Notes: generated by a model from the sequence alone, not told the origin. Shown: positions 13,210 to 26,169, numbered from the stretch's first letter. The stretch is 64,000 nt of DNA from Lama glama (GCA_028534125.1 CM052816.1:30568001-30632000), one strand, 5' to 3'. Made by a program: numbers and translations.

Positions 13210-13560
13210 GGCAAGCACGCATGTGAGTACGCCCTGCCCCACAGGGCCTCTGCTGTTACCAGAAACGTTCTCCTCTTTCCCCTGATTTATAGCTCGCTCA
13301 CTCTTCAAGCCAAGACCAAAGCGACCTCTAGAACCACTCCTGGGCCTATATGGCTGTTCCCCTTTTTACCCCGTAGTATTCTTTACATGCCTGTAGTATA
13401 CCACTTTTTCTAGCACAGTATAATCATTTGTTTTTCTATCTGTCACTCTCATTCGATTGAGAACCTCAAGAGTAGGGAACACCAATGTTTGTCTCCGCAT
13501 CCCTCAGCGTTGCCGTTTGGAAAATAGCAGGTACTCAGTGAACACTAACTAAATGAAAGA
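13210..13560 (+). mobile_element. L2 3' end
   Basis: gattgagaacctcaagagtaggga...atagcaggtactcagtgaacactaactaaatgaa is typical of the L2 terminus. Confidence 0.65.
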
Positions 13561-14467
13561 AGGGGTGGAGGCTCTAGAAGAAATGTAATAGATGATCGTT
13601 TTCTTACCCTTAGGGAACTTAGGATGCAGTTGGAAACTTATACAACATCAAATAGTGAACAACCACTCGTGTGACAGAGAGTCTAGGTGAGGTGAACAGT
13701 ATAGTTTTGACCTAGGAGCACTGATCTGCACATTTCCATCCATCTAACATACATTTAAATCACAGACTTTGTTTCTGGACAACACTGTGGTTTTTTAACA
13801 ATTAAATCTCATCTTTCATGATCAATCTGCAGCCAGGTGTTGACACTTCGTATTAAATAGTCGAGTCAACCTCAAGCATGCCATTATATTTCTGAGCCGA
13901 GGTCAGAATTCTAAAGGTTTAGATTTGCCAGTTCTGTTTTCAAAGTATGTTACTCATTCACACACAGGTAGAGCGTGCCAGGGTTGGATCCCGTTGGCAT
14001 ACAGTTTGGAAATGAATATTCCAGACGGTGCCTGGTTTCATATTTTCAACTAAAGCCTGCTGGCCTGGGAATGTCATTACTTCTGTAGAAAACGATCTAC
14101 CTGTGTGACTTTTCAATCAGCAAATTCTTTTAAAAATACATCTAAAAAGGAAATATTGTTCTTGCCAGGATGAACAAAACATTTTCTCCTTTTATAGTGT
14201 GTAGCTGAAAAGATCTGCCAAATACAAGTCCTTCTTTCCAACAGTAATGAGAATATATGACTCAGATACAGTCAAGCACATTTTTTTCTTCCTGGTATTG
14301 AAGCTGTATACCTTTACATGAACTCTCAAGTCACTTGAATATATTAGGGGAAACATCAGTCAATTGCTAAACAGCATAGCTGATCTACATTTACCCCAGA
14401 GCATTAGCGTTGCCTAAAAGTCATTGCAACCCCTGCCCTCAAGTATCCAATGTACTCTAGAAACATA

Positions 14468-14520
14468 ATTTGCATGATGGTTGTATGGAGCTCCGTTCCT
14501 CCGGAAGCCAGTATGACTCA
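14468..14520. promoter_or_regulatory. Candidate enhancer motif cluster (octamer, ETS, AP-1)
   Basis: ATTTGCAT 14468-14475, CCGGAAG 14501-14507 and TGACTCA 14514-14520 in non-repeat DNA. Motif match only. Confidence 0.3.
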
Positions 14521-14779
14521 ATGCCTGAAAAAGCAGGAGTGGGTGTGAGACGTGGAGCTCACTGACACAAACCAGGCATTTATTTTCATTCGAACTCCAT
14601 TGTTTTTTGAGGATGCGTGATAAACTTGACCTTAAGAGAAATCACAGAATTACAGTGGAAGTGTTCAGGTAAGGTCCTCTCCCTCCCAGCCAAGGCTACG
14701 TCTAGGTGATGGTTATGTATGCCAGGGATGTGTTAAAGGTGTTGATTTAACAATTTAATTTTAAAGATTTTTAAACAGA

Positions 14780-15260
14780 TGAGGGGAGAGGAGGACAGGC
14801 TAGCTTACAAAATAAAAGGATCAGTGAAATCAGGCAAGAAACGATGTGTGGCTTGGGTTCTGGCACACAGGGGAGCTGAGCAGTGACGAGAGATGAGGGC
14901 AGAGTGGTAGGGAGAAGGTGGGTATAAGACACCACGTTGTGTGCCCTGTTAAGGAGTCTGAACTTCATTCTTCCGGTGCGGTAAAACCTCTTAAAGTGTG
15001 CACGAAAGTGGAATGGAAGATGGTGTGGTCAGGTCTGCATTTTAAGTAAACCCTTCTGGCAATGGCATAGAGCAAGACTGTTAGGAGGTAACAGAGAACA
15101 AATGAAGGATTATGAGGATCTGTGTGAAGGCGAAAGTAGTGCGGTGGAGGAGGAAAAACTGACATGAGAGTCTGGAAGGAGATTTACGTGACTGGAGTAC
15201 ATGCTGATGGGACGGAGGGTTTCTGAGGCAGTGACTGGTGGCTGGCAGCACTTCACCGGC
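14780..15260 (-). mobile_element. L2 fragment
   Basis: gttaaggagtctgaacttcattct...tggtcaggtctgcattttaag...cttctggc is antisense L2 ORF2-end sequence. Confidence 0.7.
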
Positions 15261-17429
15261 ACCGTCTATCTTATCATACTTACACTGGCTAATAGGATCA
15301 CTTGTATTTATACTGCAGATTTTTGAAAACAGTGTGGTTTCTTACATGTTTCTAAATTACTTAGAATCATGAAGAACCCCAAGAGTTTCTTGGACATGCT
15401 CATTTGATCAAGACCAAAGTTCCTTATAGGATCAGGAAAATTGATACAACACCAAAATTTAAGGAAGTAGTGTTTTGGAGATACATCATCTCATATAAGC
15501 ATGAAGTGTTCACCAAAAAAAAAAAAAAAAGTAGGTACAAATCTAGATCTTTTGGCACTCTGCTCATGATTTCAGGAAAGTAATCTTCAGATTTTATGCT
15601 TTTCATGGTATCGTATTACAAACCCAGCACAGTAAGACATAGCATGCCAGATACCACCTTGCACTGGGTAATCTTGATTACTGTACTAAGTTAAACCGAT
15701 GATTTTCATCACCTTCAATTTATGGTATTACTTTATCTTTAGTCATCAGCCTAAGTGGGTGATTTTTACAAGAGAGTCTTTAGGGTCACTTTTCATTCCA
15801 TAAAATTATCTTAGCATTAAATTCTGAAAAGCATTATTTGGCAAAGAAGCATTTTACCAGTTCCTGTATATGTAGGGCTTGGAATGCTAATTTGACATTA
15901 AAACAAATTTTCTCTTTCTTTCAAACAAAATTATGTATGTGACCATTTTGTCTGTTGTAACCTCCAGTAAAAAATGTTTCCTAATGATTTTTAGGGTCTA
16001 AGCAAATATACACTGCTTTTTTTAAGTGTAGGAAGTATGTCTGAACAACATGTCCAGATTTACTCTCCTTTGTAAACATATCCTCATTCCTGAAACTGAA
16101 GGATTACAGACACACTGATACATTGTGTAAAACAGTAGTGTTGAAACTGGGATTCACTTTGGTTTACTGTTATTCCCCTAATCCAAGAGTGAAAAAAGGG
16201 TTGCCAAAGACGCCACGGCTGCCTGGCTATGACATAGTTATGCCACGTGTGTGAATTTCTTCATCAACAGGTAAGACTGTAAGCAATGGGGTCAAGTTTA
16301 AATGTTTGAAATGTCAGAAAACTAGCCTTGGAGTAATTTTTCAGAGGTTCAGAATCTGGGTGTTTATTCTTCTAAATTGGCCATGAGAGGCTGCCTTTTT
16401 GCAAACCAGACCCATGGAAAGTTTTAGTTTTTACAGTCACTTTGTAAGTTACACATATGTGAAAAGAATCACAAGGTAGTAACAGCATTTCCCTTTCATC
16501 CTTGTGTAACTTAGAAACAGCAATGCACGTTTGGCTCAAGCACCACGTAAACTTTCATCTTTCACTGGAGCCCCTTAGATCAAAAGGGTAATGTTACAGA
16601 AAGATGTGAATGAATGGAAACATGCTGTCAAACAGTGAGTTTGCCCTTTTTTCTTCTATTTTTTGTGAAGTCTCTTTATTAAAAAGAAAAAAAAAAGATG
16701 TGCTTTAAACCACCGTTAAGTGAAGCAGAAGACATCTCTTACATGTATAAAACTGGTAAAATTAAAGTGATGGTAAAATAAAAACAATTCACATTTATGA
16801 ACTCAGAGGATGCATTTTTAACGTTTAGTTTTAATGTATGAGTTGAAAAGAGTTATCCTCTGATTATTATTTTACTTTAGTGTCATAAAGTGGGTTTTCA
16901 AGTGAAGATGCTATTTGTTCAGTTCCTCTGCAGCTTCTATGCTTTGTTAAGAAATACAAGGTAACCAAAAGGCAGAGACTCCAGTATCAAGCAGAAAGTA
17001 GCAGAAGCATTTTAATCAATTGGATGTTCCTACTTCTATATTTGGCTTTTTGTGATCCCTTAAAATATCAATGTATACTACAACACAGTAACTTGGGTGT
17101 CATGCAGAAATAAATGAAACACTCTGGTACCTAAACTAAAAGGATATCTATGAAAATAAGCTATAGAGATAAAAGATAAGTTTTTCTTTGAAAGTTGAAT
17201 GCTATGAAGGCAAAGTCTAGGGGGTATGTTTTATATAAAACAGTATACATTTGTGTACACATGTAAAGCGCCACTGTAATGACATGATGATTATCCTTAA
17301 TGCAATGCTATTGATATTACTGCTACCGATTTTGAAAATATGATTTTTTACTGGCCTGACACTGGTAAGGAATTAGATGTTTCACATGAGCACTTTAGAA
17401 CCAATGGATTCCATTCTGACTGGAAGAAA

Positions 17430-17641
17430 AAGGACCTGGCAACCTTGGAAGCCGAGTGTTGAAGACGGCAGAGACTTCGCCTGCATGTGTCCCAGTTGAC
17501 TGCATGGAAGAGGGTCACACCGCCACCCTATGATCCAGCTTCATGCTGTTACATGAACATGAAATAGACTTCTGTTGGGTGTGGGCCATTATACATTTGG
17601 AGCCTATTTGTTACTGCTTTTAGCCTAACCTAAGTAATACA
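17430..17641 (+). mobile_element. MaLR LTR 3' part (MLT1J-like)
   Basis: ccttggaagccgagtgttgaagacggcagag...gaaatagacttctgtt...tttgttactgcttttagcctaacctaagtaataca. Confidence 0.8.
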
Positions 17642-19344
17642 GCAATACTTTTCAATAAAACAATCCTGAACATAACGTGTTGGAAGGAGTTGGGAGTCAC
17701 CGTTCACAACATGGCCTACTTTCCACTTTCTCTCCCCACCATTCATGTTCCGCACCTCACCCCCATCCTTACCTCATATATCCTTGAGAATATAGACACA
17801 GACTGAAATTCCCTTGCCTACATGCCACATTAACCTGCCTTCTTCTACACATTTCTATTCATGTGTTTCTTTCCTTCCTTCTTCGTTAATAATAATTTTT
17901 TTAAAGTGAAAGAAGCAATTACAGTGTGTGAATAAGGGCTTAACAAAATCCATTCCTTTGGGCCTGAGAATTTGAACTTCATGTAGCTCTCTAACTCTGT
18001 TCCTCTGGTAACTGATAAAAAAAATGGTATGTTAACCATGACATATAACAATATTGCTTATGACAAAAATGCCCCATGATAAACTACATCTGAACTGAAT
18101 GTAGCTTTTGTCCTTCCTGAGTATGGTGGCTCTTCTAACTGGTATGTCTTCTGTGCAGACTCTGGACCCTAAACATACAGAATTCATAGAAAACATCTTA
18201 ACTTCTATGGGCAAGAGTCTTTTAAGCTACAGTGACTCTTGTACCTCTTGATGTGGACTCACCTGCCAGCCATCGAGCTGAGATCTAAGACAAAGACAGT
18301 TACTAGATGGTTCTATGAAATGCACACAGGCTGCTGCAAGGACTGTAAGGAGTGCTTGGTGTTGCCCTCCTGACAAGCGGTCATTTCTGCCTGTCTCTCT
18401 CTGAGCAGTCTGGGCCTCATGTGGCCTGTGGTGGCCCCGTGAACCCCAAAGTTTAGTTGAAGCCAAGAAGGTCCCTGGTGGGCTCTGCATATCTCTAATC
18501 CAGCCCTCACTCTCTGTTCCATTAGCCAAGCAACCACCCCTCCTCTCCTACGGCAGAACTCTGGAGGTTTGTTTCCTTGGGAAGGTACAGAAGAGTCTCT
18601 GGAGCAGGAGAAGTTACACACAGTTGTGTGTAGGAGCACTGTACGAACACTGGGTGTTGGTACCTGCATACCAGTTCCAGAGGCTCCTGAACTATCTTTT
18701 GGCAACTGGCTTATGGAATGCTGGCAGAAGGTTGAACTGTCCCTCTCTGGTGAATTGGCCCTGACACAAGGAGAGCCACAAAACTGTGTGCTCAGACAGA
18801 GCACTTCATAGTGAAAGCTGGTAAGCAAGTCTATGAGAGTCCAATACTCTTTGCAGCATTCTACTCTTAAGTATGAGCAGAAAATTATGGGTCACTCAAT
18901 ATCCGAAGTCAGTCTTGTACAAAAAAATTCCAAGACCAAAATAAATTAAAACCTAAATTTGAGAAAAGCCTTTAGTATAAAGTTTATAAAGACCAACACA
19001 CACGTGGGTTCATGGACACACACACGCACAGGTACACAAAACAACATGAAGAAAATTATGCCAAGAGAATAATACTTCAAACTATTATTAATTCTTATTA
19101 TTAATATCTTCAGATAAGTGAAAGGAGATACTGACTCTTTAAAACAAGAAATGAGTTCTATTACAAAGGAACACTCAAAGAACCAAAAAGGAGGCCTTAC
19201 TTTTTTTTTAAAGTGACAGTGGAAAGTAAAACTCACAGAAAGCTGGAAACTAAGTCAGAGACACAGCCGATGAAGAACACAACAAAAATCATAGTTAGCA
19301 AATGTGTGAGAAACAAAAGAAAATTTACAAGTCCGAAGGAGGGG

Positions 19345-21340
19345 AACAAGGAGGCATAGGAGGGCACTGAGCACACCTCACCCCATAAACACATCACATC
19401 CACATCCACGTGTGGGGCAGCTCTCACTGAGAACTAACCGCAGGCTGGCAGAAAGATTCTTCTACAACCAAGGCTGTAAGAAAGATCCACACAGAGTCAA
19501 GCAGGAGGAGAGAAAAAGCCATCAGGTCAGGGCCTGCATCCCTAGGAGGGGACACGGAAGAGGAGGCTGAGAGATCCTTCCTAGGGAGGGAGAGGTTTGA
19601 ATCACACATTGGGATCCCCAACCACGGGGTCTGACAGCGGGAAGGCAGGTCCCCTTAGCTGGTTTGGAAATCGGTGTGACTTATAGGAGAGCTGTAAGAA
19701 ATCAGAACTCTCCCTGTGAAGAGCACACACACTTGCTTACTCCGGGGAACAAGGCAGAGGAAGCAGACTGAAACTGCCTGGGGCTCTGAGCAGTTTCCCA
19801 GGACCACCCCAGTGTGCGTCCTTGCCTGCCAAGCACCCACTCGGGCCCCTCTAGCTCCAGCACAGTGCCCTCTAGGGTGAAGCCTGCCACTGCTGAGCAC
19901 AGTGCACACTTGAGGGGAAGGAGCTGGCTCAGACCTGCACTGCAGCTGGACGGGGTGAGGGAAGCCACTGCTGCCGCTGCAGCGGCGCCTCTGGACCCGG
20001 AGCTGTCTGGTGCTCTGACTGAGGTGCCAGGAGAGTCTCAGCACACATCCTGGCCTGCACTGGGTGCGTAATCTGGCCCCTTTTGGTCCCGTGCTGCTCC
20101 CTTCTGAGGCCAAGGTGCTGTCGCTGGAAGAAAGGTGAGCTCACACAGATGCCATGGAACCAGCTCAGACTCGAACTTCAGGGTTTCTGCTCCAGCAACT
20201 GGGGACCTGCCCCCAACCCAATAGTGTGGTGATGACCACTGAGCACAGAGGAAGCTCCAGCTCACATGTGGCTGTGACTCTAGTTCCTCCATGTCCAGCC
20301 GCACCTCCCACTAACATGATAGCTGCGAACATACACTGGGGGAAGATGTTCACTTCAGATCCAGCTCTCCCACCAAAGCCATGGGCACACACAGACTGCA
20401 CAGGGAAATAACACACAGACACCACGGGACCAAGGTAGGTAACTGTTTCACCTAATTTCACAGCCAGACAACTTTAAACAAAATGAAAAAGCAAAGGAAT
20501 TTGTTTCAAAGAAGAGAACAAGGCTAAAAAAGAAGTGGGGGAAAAAAAAACTAGAAGAAAATTTAGGCATTATACTATTTGACATTAATTGTAGCAATAT
20601 TTTTTGATCAGTCTCCTCAGGCAAAGGAAACAAAAGCAAAAACAAACAAATGAGACCTAATTAAATTTAAAAGCTTTTGCACATTAAAGGAAACCATTGG
20701 CAAAATGAAAAGATAACCTGTTGAATGGGAGAAAGTATTTGCAAATGATATGAATAATAAGGGGTTAATATCCAACATATATAAACATATATAAACTCAC
20801 AACTCAGTATGAAAATATACACCTGATTAAAAAAATGGGCAGATGACCTATTAGACATTTTTCCAAAGAAGAAATACAGATGACCAACAAACACATGAAA
20901 AGATGCTGACCATCACTAATCATCAGGGAAATGCAAATTAAAACCACAATGAGATAACAGCTAGCATCTTTCAGAATGGCTATTATCAAAAAGACTACAA
21001 ATAACAAATGTTGGTGAGGATGTAGAGAAAGGAAAACCTAGAGTCTGCCGTTGGTGGTACTGTAAATTGGTGCAGCCACTATGGAATGCAAAAATTAGAA
21101 ATAGAACTACCATATGATCCAGCAGTCCCTTTCCTGTATATATCTGGAAAAAAATGAAAACACTAATTTGAAAAAATACATGCACCCCAGTGTTCATAGT
21201 AGCATTATTTAGAAATGAGGCAAGAATATGCAATGGGGGAAAGACAGTCTCTTCAATAAATAATGCTGGGAAAACTGGACAGCTACATGTAAAAGAATGA
21301 AATGAGGACATTTTCTCATACCTAACATTATAAATCAACC
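19345..21340 (+). mobile_element. Rearranged L1: GC-rich 5' UTR and ORF1 start joined to two out-of-order ORF2 blocks
   Basis: The 5' UTR phrases (ctggcagaaagattcttctacaaccaaggctgta; ggggacacggaagaggagg) run to the ORF1 start near 20483 (atgaaaaagcaaaggaatttgtttcaaa). ORF2 blocks follow at about 20551-21210 and 21217-21340. Confidence 0.8.
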
Positions 21341-22123
21341 GTATTTTTAAAATACATAAATAAGTAGGAAAAAACAAGTCCCCAGAAGGAATAGAGTAAA
21401 AAACAAATGGAAAAACAGAATCTATATAGTAAGTCAAAAACATTTCCAAGAACCAAAGAGCTTTCATTGCCACGTTGAAAGGCCTTACTGATTACCAACA
21501 TACATTAAAATGGATCACACTGAGACACATCATGGTAAAGCTTCAGAGGACTGGGGATGAACAGAAGACCTTACAAGCTTCCATACTGGTGGGGGATGGA
21601 GTCCCTTGATAGCAGGATATCAGAATGGTTTGGACCTTTTCAGCAGCAGAGTCAGAAACTAAAGAATAGTGGGTCAATGCCTTCAACATTCTGAAGGGAA
21701 ATTATTTCTAATAACAATATTATCTAGATAAAACATCGCCATGTAAGAAAACCTCCCATGATCCCATGTATATTTTCTTGGGAAGTTGTGGGCCCCTGTG
21801 ATCTTCCATAATTAGGTAGTAAACCAGGTAAGGAGAAGGATTTGAGAGAAAAGAAACAAGGGCATGATACAGGAGAAAGACAAAGGACCCTTCCTTAGGG
21901 GGAACCTGAAAGGAGATCCTATGTAGTAGCAATAATATAAATTAATATACATCCTGCACACTGATGTAACCTAAACTACAGCCTTAGGGAGTACTAGAAT
22001 AAGAAAAGGGGCATACAGGGGAAGCTTCACCCTCATTCACGGTGGGCAATCAAAAGATAATGCTCACCAAATTTTAGCAAATAGAATCCAACAACACATA
22101 AAAAAGATTATACATCATGACAA

Positions 22124-22693
22124 GTGGGGTTCATCCCAGGAACACAAGGCTGGTTCAATATACGCAAATCAATCAATGTAATACATCACATCAACAAGAG
22201 AAAGGACAAAAACCACATGATCATCTCAATCGATGCAGAAAAAGCATTTGATAAAATTCAACATCCATTTATGATAAAAACTCTCGCCAAAGTGGGTATA
22301 GAGGGAACATATCTCAACATCATAAAAGCTATATATGACAAACCTACAGCCAGCATAGTACTCAATGGTGTAAAACTCAAAAGCTTCCCCCTAAAATCTG
22401 GGACAAGACAAGGATGCCCACTATCACCCCTCCTATTCAGCATAGTCCTGGAAGTCCTAGCCACAGCAGTTAGGCAAGAGAAAGAAATAAAAGGGATAGA
22501 AATTGGAAAAGAAGAGGTAAAAGTGTCATTATATGCTGATGACATGTTACTATATATAGAAAACCCTAAAAGGTCCACACAAAAGCTACTAGAGCTGATT
22601 GAAGAATTCAGCAAGGTAGCAGGTTACAAAATTAACGTTCAAAAATCAGTTGCATTTCTTTACACTAACGATAAATCAACAGAAAAAGAAAGT
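22124..22693 (+). pseudogene. L1 ORF2p reverse-transcriptase domain (open segment of a truncated copy)
   Basis: Contains [38 protein letters not shown] and catalytic YADD. An apparent 1-bp deletion near 22120 and an in-frame TGA at 23335-23337 show the copy is inactive. Confidence 0.95.
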
Positions 22694-23193
22694 NNNNNNN
22701 NNNNNNNNNNNNNNNNNNNNNNNNNNNNNNNNNNNNNNNNNNNNNNNNNNNNNNNNNNNNNNNNNNNNNNNNNNNNNNNNNNNNNNNNNNNNNNNNNNNN
22801 NNNNNNNNNNNNNNNNNNNNNNNNNNNNNNNNNNNNNNNNNNNNNNNNNNNNNNNNNNNNNNNNNNNNNNNNNNNNNNNNNNNNNNNNNNNNNNNNNNNN
22901 NNNNNNNNNNNNNNNNNNNNNNNNNNNNNNNNNNNNNNNNNNNNNNNNNNNNNNNNNNNNNNNNNNNNNNNNNNNNNNNNNNNNNNNNNNNNNNNNNNNN
23001 NNNNNNNNNNNNNNNNNNNNNNNNNNNNNNNNNNNNNNNNNNNNNNNNNNNNNNNNNNNNNNNNNNNNNNNNNNNNNNNNNNNNNNNNNNNNNNNNNNNN
23101 NNNNNNNNNNNNNNNNNNNNNNNNNNNNNNNNNNNNNNNNNNNNNNNNNNNNNNNNNNNNNNNNNNNNNNNNNNNNNNNNNNNNNNNNNNNNN
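22694..23193. other. Assembly gap (500 N)
   Basis: Run of N inside the young L1. Confidence 1.
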
Positions 23194-24429
23194 GCACTAT
23201 TTACAATAGCCAAAACATGGAAACAGCCTAAATGTCCATCAACAGGTGACTGGATAAAGAAGAAGTGGTATATTTATACAATGGAATACTACTCAGCCAT
23301 AAAAACCGACAATATAACGCCATTTACAGCAACATGAATGCTCCTAGAGAATGTCATTCTAAGTGAAGTAAGCCAGAAAGAGAAAGAAAAATACCATATG
23401 AGATCGCTCATATGTGGAATCTAAAAAACAAAAACAAAAACAAACAAACAAAAACAAAGCATAAATACAGGACAGAAATAGACTCATGGACAGAGAATAC
23501 AGACTTGTGGTTGCTAAGGGGGTGGAGGGTGGGAAGGGATAGACTGGGATTTCAAAATTGAAGAATAGATAAACAAGATTACACTGTATAGCACAGGGAA
23601 ATATACACAAAATGCTATGATAAGTCACAGAGAAAAAAAGTGACAATGAGTGTGTATATGTCCATGAATGACTGAAAAATTGTGCTGAACACTGGAATTT
23701 GACACAACATTGTAAAATGATTATAAATCAATAAAAAATGTTAAAAAAAAAGATAATGCTCAAAGTTGCAAACCCAAAGCACTGTTAGCATGTTATGCAC
23801 AGCCCTGGAACCGAAAATAGGGAATGAGAGATGAAAGGTGCATTGTTGTATTTAAAACAAGTCTTGTTTAACTATTTGACTCTTTTTACACCACTTGCAT
23901 GTAGAAGATGATGAAAATGGGAACCAAGCAAAAGATTAATACCTTTGAAATGTCACAGAGTTAAAAGGGCATAAATGAAAAGTTTCCTTTACACATACTG
24001 GTTGAAAAAATTATAGTGAGAGATACATATATTCTTTGACATTTTTAAATTAAAATCAGGAGGCATTCTACTAGGAAATATTAATAAGGACCTATACTGA
24101 GGGATATGTCTACAATTCCACTTCTGTTTTGTTTTTCCTCACTTTGTAACACCTATTTTTAGCTCTTTAGTCCCTTAACCTTGTACTTCTTCTCTCTGTA
24201 TTAATTCCTTCCATTCATTCTCCTTTTCAGCTTAGAATCTATGGTTTATCCCTTGATCCATATCTTTCCAGTATTTACAATTTCCTTATAACATTATCCT
24301 TTCCTCATAGCATCCTTACAAAACACCAACAGTCAATAAACTCATGCCTGCACTACAGTTGCTCAGTGCAGCTCCAGATGCAAAATCTAACACTAGGATG
24401 GTAGCTAACACTGAGTGCTTTATTTTTTG

Positions 24430-24720
24430 TCCATGCATTCATTAAAAGAAAAGAGTTATAGCGTGTCTTTTTACTTTGTGAAATGTATTAGATAGGCCAA
24501 GGTTATTAAAACAGGTATAGTCCTTGCCTTGGCGGAGCTCTGAATCCCTGAGAAAAAGAAGGCACTAAACAGCTCATTACTTAACCATCTGATTCAACTG
24601 TGATAACTATTACAAAGGCAATAGTTCTATGAGGGAATCCAACTAGGAAAAATAACCTACTTAGTGTCTCATTCTCTGAAAAGGTGATATGTAGGATTAG
24701 GGCAGAAATGAGATTATATG
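24430..24720 (-). mobile_element. L2 3' end
   Basis: cattcatt...aaaacaggtatagtccttgccttggcggagctc...gtgataactattacaaagg. Confidence 0.65.
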
Positions 24721-24849
24721 TGATCTGAGCAAAGGGAATTTGAAAATTGGTATGATTTGGAATGAGTAGATATTGTAGACAGAAGACTTAGCCTGTTTGA
24801 CATCTGGCCCAGTGGCAGAACTGAGCCTTCCTGCTCCTCTTAACCACTC

Positions 24850-25140
24850 CCTCAGTCTGATGCATTTTGACCTATCCTCCAAGGTTCAGTTTAGAAGCTG
24901 CTTTTCAGGGAAATCTTTCACAAGTCCCTCCATCCTGATTGCAGTTCCTCCACTGGGCTGTCAAGACTTTGCTTTCAGCGCTTCTAATCAAAACCACTCT
25001 GCCTTGTGATTGTCATTTTCCTTGCCTGTATCATCTGCTGGTCCCTAAGACCAAGATGGGTTCATGCCTGACTGCTTCACAAGTCCATCCTGAGCATCTC
25101 TCTGGTGCAAATTGGTGTTCAAAAAAGATTTGCTGAATTA
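24850..25140 (+). mobile_element. L2 3' end
   Basis: tcctccaaggttcagtttaga...cttttcagggaaatcttt...tgttcaaaaaagatttgctgaat. Confidence 0.6.
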
Positions 25141-26169
25141 TTTGGTAAAACAAGAGCAAATATGTATTGGAGGGCCTCAGGGCTTTGGTGAAGGGTCTGA
25201 TGACACATCATTTTAGAGTCCCCTTTTGTTATCCACTTTTAAATTATGCTTCAGATAACTATAGTTACTTAGCTAAGTAAGGTCAGGATTAACTAAGGCA
25301 TTAGTATATAAGAAAAATTATACTCTGAGTTGTCATGGTGTCAACATGATCTCCATGTTCAAGTATTCCACATCCTAACAGAGTAATGGATAAACTTCAC
25401 TATTTCATGTACACTTTAATCTATCTAAAATGAATTAAATTTTTAATATGGAAGTAATTGACTAAATTTCTTGAGTGGAAAAAAATCCTAATTATGTAAA
25501 ATTTATTATTTGTTTTACTTGGAAAGACTTAAATATTTAATTTAAATTGGAACACTGAAGAAAAACTCTGGGAACTAAAGGTAACAATTCTACATTTGTT
25601 AACACCTGACCTAGTTTAAACTTAACTTCATAAAGTAAATATTGTACTAATTGTAGTAACTTTATTTTTGAAATAATATTTTAAAAAAATGAATCACATG
25701 GCCATGTATTAAAAAATTAAATTTTGTTTATAGGGTGCATGAAAATACAGATGTTAAATTACATATGCAAATAAACAGTATGATTTTGACAAACTAAATT
25801 CTCATCTTAAATGGACCTTAGCCCAATTAAGTGAATTCAGATAAAGACTACTATTGTAATTGTAAACTAAAATGAAGAAGAAAAAAATGTAAAAATGTAA
25901 CAAGATTTATAAAAGAAAGATGAATTCCATGCTTTTTACTTAGAAAAGAGACCTCTAATTTAGGAATATACAGACACATTTTATAGATGTATATATATTA
26001 CACATATGTATAACTACATGTATATATGAGTATCCTTTATGTGAATAGGCATGTGAATATGCATATATTTGCATGTGTTTCATGAAATGCCAATTCTAAC
26101 ATATTCTAGGTAAATAAATAAATGGGTTTTTATTTGTCCAAATAGTTTTATAATACATTAAGAGGATAT

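Larger units (their letters stand above)
22067..23747 (+). mobile_element. Young 5'-truncated lineage-specific L1 with 15-bp TSD
   Basis: RT domain, ORF2 C-terminus, 3' UTR, AATAAA and A tail are present. Exact TSD aaaagataatgctca at 22052-22066 and 23748-23762. Confidence 0.96.
18840..23940 (+). mobile_element. HAL1-like ORF1-only LINE relic, split by later L1 insertions (host pieces about 18840-19340, 21340-22066 and 23748-23940)
   Basis: ORF1-like motifs (gtcccagaagga; gagacacatcatggtaaagcttcag; caatgccttcaacattctgaaggg) are followed by a HAL1-like tail (aacaagtcttgtttaactatttgactctttt) with no host ORF2 sequence. Confidence 0.55.

Noticed and set aside
18227..18828. 171-aa ORF and a 22-bp minus-strand micro-exon candidate (18263-18284)
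   Set aside because: No recognisable protein, no supporting exon chain, and the micro-exon is not frame-preserving.
19424..20461. Cluster of ORFs in a GC-rich region as a gene or CpG-island promoter
   Set aside because: It lies within an L1 5' UTR, where high GC depletes stop codons.
19328..21390. acaagtccgaagga / acaagtcccagaagga as a TSD for the rearranged L1
   Set aside because: The match is imperfect, the right copy is offset from the L1 end, and it is explained by the host ORF1 VPEG-type motif.
22124..23231. Long ORFs of 173-361 aa as genes or an active reverse transcriptase
   Set aside because: The length comes from translating N runs. The real part is a 5'-truncated L1 ORF2 with a frameshift and a premature stop, not a retron, DGR or host gene.
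25400..26150. Very AT-rich block as a matrix-attachment region or origin
   Set aside because: Composition alone is not evidence in an AT-rich mammalian region.
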